From Antedon mediterranea (Eukaryota > Animalia > Echinodermata), in assembly GCF_964355755.1 (NCBI RefSeq), contig NC_092673.1, positions 21,325,648 through 21,389,647 of the forward strand: DNA of 64,000 bases, in the 5' to 3' direction. The notes beneath the pieces were generated by a model. That model was not told the origin of the DNA. It did not search any database and saw only the letters and a program-made list of their open reading frames with translations. Shown piece after piece: positions 51,276 to 61,800 of the stretch; position 1 is the stretch's first letter; each line of letters starts with the position of its first letter. Made by a program: the position numbers and the translations under genes.

Positions 51276-52208
51276 GTGGTTTTGTTAGGTGGGTTAGTGG
51301 AGGTATAGGACATGATAGAATGCAGGTTTAGCTTTTGATTTATTATTGTACATTCAGAGTAACTATAAGTAAAGCAGCTAACTGTGAAGAAGGATTCATT
51401 TGAATGTGTACCATATTATGAAACGATTTGTAAGACTCGATCATATTTTGATCTTTTTAAATCATCACAAACGCTGAACGTCTTGCAACATGGCGCATTT
51501 AACAAGACTTCTCCAAACAGAGAAAGTTCAAAAGTGTGCATAGACTTGTCTATTTTTCTGTTCGTATCATTTTCTATAATTTTTATCCATGTGGTTTTGG
51601 GTCGTCTCTTGACTTTTCTTATTGATTTGGATAGAGTACTTTGCGCTGGGATATCATAGTATAGACGAAGAAGGTACCCACACCATGTGAATCGTCACCT
51701 CTTTATCACTTTTTGGGTATAAAAGTGTTAATTTAATCATCAGAGGACCAGTCTGTTGATGGTAATGTTTTTATTAAGGTACGTTTGCTCAGAAGTACGA
51801 GGAATTCCATCATTAGGCATGTGTTTATAATCATATCCCTGTAATCAAACACAAACAAGTTAAAACATGATGGAATTATCAATTATTAATTTATTTTAAA
51901 TACTATCAAGTATAACATACTTAAGCAACGAATACGACATGTAATCGAATTACATTTTTAGTCGTTGTTGAGCCACTTCTATGTAATTATAAGTGGTCCT
52001 TATTACTAGCAGATTGTAACAAATTGGACGAATAAATATATCTTATCTAAAAAATATAGGCCTAGGTAAAAATTTAATGTCAACAACCAATCATAGGCTA
52101 CTGTTTATAATTGCACATTATGTTAAAACGATACATACAAAAGCGTAAAACGTTATACTACACAATAAAACGGAAAAGGTGCAAAAACATATCTAAAAAG
52201 TACAATAA

Positions 52209-52826
52209 TTAGTTTATTTTAGAGCGTCTTAATTTGTCTACAAGATTGTTAAGTTGTTCAAAATCTTGTTCAGGTGAGACGCCCTCTGTAGTATTGGTAG
52301 TTGATGTTGAGGCAACAATAAGAAAAGCCCGCTTGTTTGCCTATTAAATAAAAGAAAACAAATAATAACAAAAAATAAATAATCTCTTCATATTAATGAT
52401 GAATACAATGTTTTATATTATATAAAAGAGCAGCAAGTTTAAGTACTAGTATCTATGATTTCTATAGTCTAAGGAGACACATTTCTAAAGCCTATAGGCC
52501 TAGTAGTTTTATTAGAGTAAATGGCAATAAACGTTGATACGCTACCTTGTCTGTTTGAATGATCACGTGTTCTTCTGAGATTGTACCATGAGTGAACTTG
52601 CTACGATGAAGGAACTGCAAAGCCTTCGTTAAATCAGTTTCAATCTGAGTAATTTCTTCATTTGTAAAAAGTGGTCCTGTAGTAAGGTTTTCGGTAACCT
52701 TCTTTGTGTGAGTAGCTAATATTGAAGATAAGAGGTACGGGCGAGAGGTTGCTAAGCTGAGCAAAGGTAGAACACGGTTTCTTTCAAGATCTTGCTTAAC
52801 TTTGTCAAGTAATGTTACTTCGGTTT
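52209..52826 (-). CDS. Two terminal exons encoding a degenerate kinase-like C-lobe fused to the GPCR tail
   Basis: In frame after the 7TM exon: [37 protein letters not shown]|[20 protein letters not shown]. Confidence 0.7.
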
Positions 52827-55800
52827 CTAAAATAAGTCAAAAATTAATATGTAAAAACGTTACAATCTGGTCTAAGGTTTAAGCACAACTATACTAACTA
52901 AAAAGTATAGTAAATTCACTCAAAATATGGATAATTTTAGAAACAAAAAAAATCAATAAACATACTGCAGTGTCCTACTATCCCAATTCTACAATATCAA
53001 CTTGTTACCTAAAGCGTGGTTCCCGCTAGTGACGCAACGCAAGGACGTAAGTGCAACGCAACCAAATTGACCAATGGCAATTGTGACAGTTGGGATAATC
53101 CATCGCTTGTGATTGATCAAGTTACTTACGTTGCGTCCTCGTGCTTCCCACTAGCGACACAATGGAGTGTTGCGTAATCACAAAAAGTGAGAACCACGCA
53201 TACGATTACTTAAGATTTTACTCACTTTGTGTTTCACTCATCATAATAGACGCACATGTTCCTTTTTTCGCTAATTTCTTCCGCTTCCTTGCATCCTTGA
53301 TATAGGGAATTGTGTAAAGATACGGGTTCAGGGATGAGTTTATTGGCATGATCAATGTCGCCGACCATACATAAATTTCTACAGGAATCTGCCAAGCTCC
53401 AGCCTGAGAAACAATTCCCATCAAAATAATTGGGAACCAGCAGCAGAAATCAGTAAAAACGATTATTGCCATTTTCGTTGCCATTTTAAACTCTTTAGTT
53501 TTCGACTGACTTTTATTTACAGAGGCTCCAGCTTGTTTAACAACAACATAGATGTATGTATAACTGACAGCGATAATAACAAACCCTAAGAGATTGAATC
53601 CTAGAAAAATAGCGACTGAATATTCCCAACCATCGAGACGATCTCCTGTAAGTGGCAATGCAAGACATACGCTAGGTCGCCCATAATAGCTTTCTCCAAA
53701 ATACGGTATGTTAAACATTGGTAGAAAACTGATAACGATCATAGTCAACCAAGCTATTGCGAGCATAATAAGACACTTTTTACGATTTAGTCGAGCGGTG
53801 CTAAATGGAAATCCGACAGATACCGCACGATCCACACTCATAACAACTAATATAAACACTGAAAATTCACTAGATAAAGTCGATATAGCTCCGGCAAAAT
53901 TGCACAAAAAACTCGATTTCCAATCTTCTGCAACTCGAGCGTAACGCCCTCTATAATATAAATCTGCCCCAGCGATAATTATCATGTAAAGACCCATTAA
54001 GAAATCCGAAGTGGCAAGATTTGTGATAAGTATTGACTGAACATTGCGATAGTCCTTCGAATACAAGCGCCATACAATGACGATGACATTGCCTAATAGC
54101 GCGCTCACTCCAAGAATCCACATCAGTACTCGTAAGAATTCATTTTTCATAAGATCCTCACAAGAGGAGAATTGATCCGCAGGGGGGTGACAATGTTCAA
54201 TGTCACCAACAATGTCATTTATCATACAACAGAAAAGGAAATCATCTGTTGACCTAAAAGAAACAATACATTTGTGAAATGCGTTATCTAAAAAAAAAAA
54301 TTTCTGTAGCTCTTGTTTGAGCTCTGTTGGTGCAGTACCCTCTGCCTACTTGGGATCGAATCTAACCCCTAGCCATCAGCGCAAGCTCAGTGGTCTAGAC
54401 GTATTAACGCCAGCTTATGATCTTGAGGTCGTGCTTGGAGTTCCACACCCGAGAATTATTCTCAATGTACTTGAATTTTCAGTTTTAAAAAGGTTATAAT
54501 TAAAATGGATCAAAACTTACAATGATTTTAGTTCATATAAACCATCAAATACATCTTCTTGGAATTCAGTTAACATGTTTTCTTGTAAATATCTGTAAAA
54601 CCGTAAATAATTCAAAACCATATTTATATTTTTGTAAACGGTAGGCCTAAGTGTTAGATAAAAATCTTTTACAAATGTACTCAAATATAAAGTTGAATGA
54701 AATGAAAGCTATTATGCGTCATAGAATGATCTCATAATTTAAACTACTCCACAACTCACTACGCCTCAAATTAGTCTTAATTGGTAAGTAAAGTTGTTTA
54801 TACGATTTTAATTCACATTACTTACAGGTTTTGCAGTACACTTAAAACTGAAAACACTCCAGAATCTACTGATATTAAACCGTTATAGTCTATGTACCTA
54901 AAATTATAGAAATAAGTCATTTAAAACAAAGTAAATAAACCGGTTATTGCTCATGTTGTGATGAGATATGATGCATGTGCGGAAAGTAACTATTTAGTAA
55001 AAAAAAACATGTTTATTAGAATCATTGAAGCACAGTAAAAACGTTGGTCAATCAGAACCATCGTTTTTTTAAAACATTGATCTCAATTGAACTCAAAACT
55101 GTGTTACTAATGTTCGAGATAAAATTCACTTACAGAAATTGAAGATTGCTCAAACCATTAAATGCCCCTTTTTCCAAATGTTTTATCTCGTTATTTGACA
55201 GTACCCTATAAATAATAAAATTGTTTCACATGTAAATATGCATTTTATTAAAAGTTAAGTTATTTAGAAAGTGGTTATTATTACTCACAATATCTGCAAA
55301 TTTACTTGCTGACCAAATGTGTTTGGTAAAATCTCTTCTATTCCATTACTTGAAAAATCACTAAAACAAACAAAAAAGTTTAAATGCGTAATAAACAACT
55401 TCTTTAAATTTGTGTAAAGACGAATTGTCCAAAAAAGATTGAATAAAAATAAGAACGCTACGAAACCAAATACCAAATATGTATATATATTATACATTAT
55501 TTGTAAATTAAATTCCACTTTTTTGTAGAGGTAATACCTAAAAATAGTGTGTGCATCAATACACAAAACGCTAACATCATTCGCACATTCATTGATCAAC
55601 ATATCTTTGATTTACTCATATGAATATATTATCAAAATGAAATGGTGTACATTATGAACTTACGCTTTTATAAGTAAAGAAAATTGATCAATGTCAAGAA
55701 GTAAAGAATCTTTAAGAGTGACACCTCTAGTTGACCTTCTGTTCACAGAGTTTCTACTAAGATTTGTTAGGTTTCTGTAGAAAAAAAAAACATTTTAATT

Positions 55801-58800
55801 AACCTTTGACCCGTGTTGTAAATGTGTAACGTTTTACTGACCATGAAAGCTATGTCTATTCTGTCATGTATTGCTTGCCAAATTGACAACAGCCAATAGT
55901 TTCCATTTCCCGCCTAAGTTCTGTTTTGCTGGGACTTCAGTGCCCCATCAACTTTGAGATTACCCGTTTCAACGTGAATAAGAACTCATAAGAACTTATA
56001 AGACCTCCTTTTATAGAAGTTAATTCAAATAACACAGAAAACGTTAAATAAAAACTAAACTTACAAATATCTTGCTGATGAGAGAATGATTGATGCTAAG
56101 GTTTCATTCCATGCAATCCCATGACATGCGACCTCAAGCCCTCTGCAAGAACATTCAGGTGCGGGGCAACCATCGTCTAAAAAAAGAGTAAATATTTGTC
56201 ACCATTACCATCAACAATTACATTTATTTTCATTCCCTTTTTACTCCTTATAAACCGATTTTGAAAACATGAAAGTACATGCTCATGACTCAACATCAAA
56301 CACAAAAATTGCTAATTACTTACCACAAAATAATTCGTCATCTCCTTCTGGACAATTCTTAACTCCATTACACCTGTCGTTATGTGCTATGCAAATTATA
56401 CTGTTTCTACATTTATACGAATTTGGACAGACGTATGAATCTGTGAAAAAAAAATCGAGAAGAGAATGTATTTTTTTACAGGTCTATTCAATGCAGTGAG
56501 CCTGCAGATACATATTGCCTTATTTGTATTGAACATTTTTAATGAGGGTAATCCAAAACCACTTACCCTGACAATCAGGGGACTCTCACAAACACACCAA
56601 ACATAAAACACAAACATAAAACAAAAACATCACAAAACATATTCTCGTCAGGATTAAGTATTTCGACATTACTAGTTATCAGAAATGATGACTAAACCAA
56701 CGATGACGAAACATGGACAAAATAGAGAAAAATGTAAGAAAACAATTACCACACTCTCTTTCGTCTTCTCCATTTGGACAATCCCATACTGCATTGCAAC
56801 GTAATCTCTCTGCAATACAGTACGACGATGGACATTTAAAGGTGTCTTCCAGGCAATTATAATCATCTGAAATAAAATATTGATAAAATATACTAAAAAG
56901 GAATATTATAATTAGAATTGTCCAATCTATGTTCATTTAGCTTTAGTAAACTTGGTCAGGCCTAGATGATCGTAGTAGGCCGGGGCCTTTGGCATTGAGA
57001 CGTTTAAAACTTACCACATTGTTCAAGGTGCGACATATCCCGGCATCCTTTCTGAATATGGTATTCATCTAAGTCATAAAGGCATCTGAACCGTTTTGGT
57101 GAACATTCCTTGTTCTTGCACACCATTGTATCGGCTGGACATGTTGCGTTTATCCAATAATCTATGGAAAGAAAGATGTTGGTTTGTAGACATTTTGAAA
57201 GAATCTATATTATACATTTCAATTAAAAAAAATATTCTAATTGTATGTTACTATAAATAATATAAATTGCTACGATAATATAAAATATAAAGATAAGTAG
57301 AGAAGGAAATAATTGAATGTTGAGTACATACCGCAATTTATTTCGTCCTCTACTGTGTCACCAGGACAGTCGTTGGTGGCGTCACATACGGCTCGTAATG
57401 GTAAACAGGATCCATCATAGCACTGAAATCCAGAGGAACAGAAATCTAAAAGAGATGTGTGCATCGATTGTGTCGTAAGCACGAACAAAAACACGTCATT
57501 ACATTACATAACGTATATTGTTTTAAATACACATTCTACCCCATATGCAATCCGGTTCGTCACCTATGTGTGTGACTGCGATCAACTCAATTCAGATTTA
57601 TTTAGCTCAGTGGCGGTTCCTCCTTAGCTTGATTTCGCGAGGAACTTTATTGAACAATGCATGATGGAAAGGGTTTGGGAGGAAACGTCACGACGCGTAC
57701 GTACAAACAACAAATCACGTACGTACGCGTCGTGCCCCCAAAAAAAACGTATATACAAACAAACATTTACAAATAAATAAAAATGATCAACTAATACAAT
57801 TCAATGTTAATTTCGTTTTTAATTGTCATTTGATGTAGGGCCATTCTCACCACAATCCTTTTCATCGGATCCGTCTGTACACTGTATTAATAAATCACAG
57901 TGTTGATTAGAATCTATACATTGACCATTATCACATGTAAACTCCTCTGATGTGCAGTTTGGATAATCTTGAAAAAACAAAACGTTAAAATGTTGTAAGT
58001 CAATTATCAATGGGAGTCTCATTAAGTCAAAATATTAAGACAATTTAAAATATTACATTAGCAACACATTGTTAGATCAATATTTACTCTATTTACTAAT
58101 AAATGTTTTCAAAACATTTCTGTTAATTACTACTATTTTCTGAAGTTAAATATAATTCTTATAATAATAGTTCTTATATAAGACGTCCAATTAGGAACCA
58201 GGCTTCTAAGATCATACACAAATTTAAATCTTTTGACAGTAGAGAGATGACTCAATCACTTTTTTTCATTTCTTTTAGTAAACTATTATTTAATTTGTTG
58301 TAATGCAGTATACGTACAACATTCGATTTCATCAGACATATCAATGCATTGTGGGATGAAGTCGCAAACAAATGATACAGGTATGCATTGTTTGTCTTTA
58401 CACTGGAAGTCCCCATATTCACATTCGCCTGGAAAAGAAGTCACAATACAATAGTGATAGTGTGGTTCCTACTAGGACGCAATGCGACAACGTACGCGCA
58501 ATTTGACCAATCACAAGTAAAATTCGGATAGTCCTTTGCTTCCAATCGGCGTTGTGTTGCGTCCTATAGGAATCAATTGGCTTCAAGAGTAAAAAAAAAG
58601 AAAAGAATAGGTTCTATCAGCAATCATAGAGATATAACTATAATATCTCTATGCAGAAATTGAAACTGCAATGTTCTATCAGTAATTGAAACTGCAATTT
58701 TATATTTTCCTGCAACATTGTATTTGTAAATACCAGGTTTCTCTCAATTAGCATACATTTGTATTCATCTATTTGTTACTAGATATTATTGGCCTAGATA

Positions 58801-61800
58801 AACATACAGTAATGTGAGTTGATGTTATTAAGTTACCAACCCATTCCATAAAAGCAATGACAAATTTAATGTACCGTAATAATTGCATAAAGATTTCTAC
58901 TAATGTTATTATATTACTTTCACAATTGAATTCGTCGCTTCCATCTCGACAGTCTGTTTTTCCATCGCAAACGAATAGTTGATGAATGCATTCTTGGTTA
59001 TTACATTGATAGTCTTCCCTGTAACACCCTTTACAAAATCGAAAATACAATTGAAATTTAGTTTTTAGAAACAGTTTTCTCCTTTTATTTTGTCTCCCCT
59101 CTAACACTCTTTGCCATTAAAAAAAACTCATTAGTGTTTAGTTTTAAACACTAATTTTGGTTGAATTTGATTTGATTTTGTAATGTAGAATATGAAGTAA
59201 AGAGTAGCTACAGAAGAAAAACAAATAAATAAATTATAAAACAGTTGACAGACGTTTGTTTTTATTAATCTCCTAATGCATTCCAAATCTTTGTTTGAAA
59301 TGATCAATTTGATTTTGTAAATCAAAAATAAATTCCTGGAACGTCTTGATAAATCTTAGTTTAATTTGTGTTATCAGCGAATAGTTACATTAGTTTAATT
59401 GCATATGACCTCCAAAAGTTAAAGATCGATAATTAATCTTTTACTTGAGTCAACAGCAATTGTTGTAAGTTCAAATATAGTACACGGCAAATATCTTTTA
59501 TGAATAATATTTCATGCCAACTTCTATATTAGATATTGGAAATCGTTTCCTTTAAATCAAAATAAACAAATATCTCTTTTAAAATGTATTATAGTTTAAT
59601 TGCTGTAAATGACCTCCAGAAGATCAATAATTAATCTTCTACTTGATTCAACAGCAATTGTTCAAATAACAATAAGTTCAAATATAGTCCCCGGCAAATA
59701 TTTTATATGAATAATATTTCATGCCAACTTCTATATTGGATATTGGAAATCGCTCCCTTTAAATCAAAATAAACATATATTTCTTTTTAAATGTATTTAC
59801 ATCTTTCGAGAAACAAATGATTTAGTCATAAAATCTTGTAGAAACAAAAATTTGAAATATTTTACATCAAATTTAGAAATTCTTACCTTTGAACGACTTC
59901 TCAACCTGCTCCACTGTTGTCGTTACATTAAGATACATATCTGTCAAAAGGTAGTAGATTTCAGTTTCTTTCATTCATGGCTATATTTGCTGTTAATGTG
60001 TACTACTAACATTCGCATATAATTTCTATTCAAACTTACACTTATAACTATTGTCTTATTAGTAAGAGATAATTAAGATACTTCGTTATTGTCATGACCC
60101 CAAAAATAGACTCATAATATGCATGTATGTGTCTGAAACTGCAGAAATCACATGGCCTACATAATTATATAAATGCATAAACTGAATTATCTTTGAAAAT
60201 GAAGAGTCTGGTACATTTTGATGCATGTTTCAGATTTTTTTTTTACATAAATTTTAAAAGAGAAAATCTTCTGATTTGACAACTGCAAATTCATCAGTTT
60301 AATAATAAATTTCCATTATTTTTTTAATGTAACTAAGACTCTATATAAATCATCAATGACATCTATTCCTATTAAGCTCTGCCAATGTGATGTGCTATCT
60401 GGACATGATGATGTCATATCACTTCCATATTTGGGCGTATCAGTACCACTGTATTTTGGCACATCACACCTTTTTGTCAAATTAGTTTGACAGTCTAGAC
60501 AGAGTTTTTTGATCTTGAGATAAAATGAATAATGAACGAATGAAATGAATACCTAGTTGATATTTGCAGATGTACTGCGATGTTGTAGGAAACTCGCAAG
60601 CTACCTCATTCCATTGTTCAAGAGAATGGAAGTTGTCCAATCTTATTAGAGTACACTGCTCCAAATCACCAGCTTTTGGTTGGTTCTTAGCTACATTTTC
60701 TTTTCTAAATGATGTTTAAAAAATGTAGTTGAATTTAAACTTTTTAAATCAAAGGAAAAATGCCACAACTAGTCTTTAGAATTTATATTATTTATAGTTT
60801 CATTGTGATGAAAGTTAACAGTAGGCCAGTATCTTATTCTTCTTGTTAAACTAGATTAGAGTATGAAAAGAATGATCCCTTTTCAAAAGTTAGTGTACCG
60901 CAAACTTATCTTTACTAGTAATAATAAATGAAGTTATTACCCGTCTTGCATATACCAGGCTGTGTAGCTCATTGGACTTCCATTGCTCCACGATAACAAA
61001 CCATTGGAACTTAACCTGTCAGACAATCCTGAAAAATAACCTCACCAGTATAAAAAGAAATGTCACTTGCCAACACAAATACAACATGTCCATATAATGT
61101 TTTCTAATATAAACGCTGCGCAGTCGCAAACACAAAATCGGGATCGCTCTCCAATTTATCGCAAGCAAATCATAGTTAACCTTCACTAAAGAGCCCAGAA
61201 GCATTTCTATATGAAATCACACAACGCATTACGTACATATCTATAATGTATAGAAATATACAGCTTACCTATATAAACCTCTGTGTGCTCAGAATTCCAG
61301 AAATGAGTCAACATGTAGTGAATGAATTCCATTTCTAGTTCTGTTGATACGAACACAAGATGTGCATTCATTTGCTCACATTCCCACTTTGCATCTGTCC
61401 AGGTAATGTACTGCATATTCGAAAAGTTTCTATAGCAAGCGTTGCCATAGAATATCCACTCGGGACTACATTTATCTATAATGATAATAATGATAAAGAG
61501 TATCAAATGTATATTAAGTTACAATTGGAATAATTCATGTATTTCAAAACAATTTGTTATGAAAAATAATAATAATTGTTTATGTGAATTTGAATGAAAT
61601 ACACGCCGTATTGTAAAACAGTTTAAATAGTTGGGAGGAAAATGCATAGTTACTTGAATTGAAATCGGCTCCATCGCTCACGATCGATTCCGACGTATAG
61701 CTGGCCTGGAATCCATGGCCACTCACAGTGCTATCCGAGTAAAAGACCAAACTCATTTTGGTTCGACTACTGATCACATACTCGGGTGGTCTATTGTAAT

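Noticed and set aside
51384-51838. Extra coding exon or gene between spondin and the GPCR
   Set aside because: Minus-strand frames are interrupted by stops and the plus ORF has no motifs; treated as UTR.
52492-52764. Stand-alone or active protein kinase gene
   Set aside because: No N-lobe, HRD or DFG; the splice phases tie it to the upstream GPCR exon.
53218-54225. Single-exon 335-aa GPCR as in the ORF track
   Set aside because: It is an internal exon, with an acceptor at 54254-54255 and a donor at 53224-53225.
47465-54253. Spondin next to an LGR as an R-spondin/LGR4-6 ligand-receptor pair
   Set aside because: R-spondins bind LGRs via furin-like domains, which this Spondin_N protein lacks. 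The receptor is GRL101-type, not LGR4/5/6-type, and adjacency alone is not evidence.
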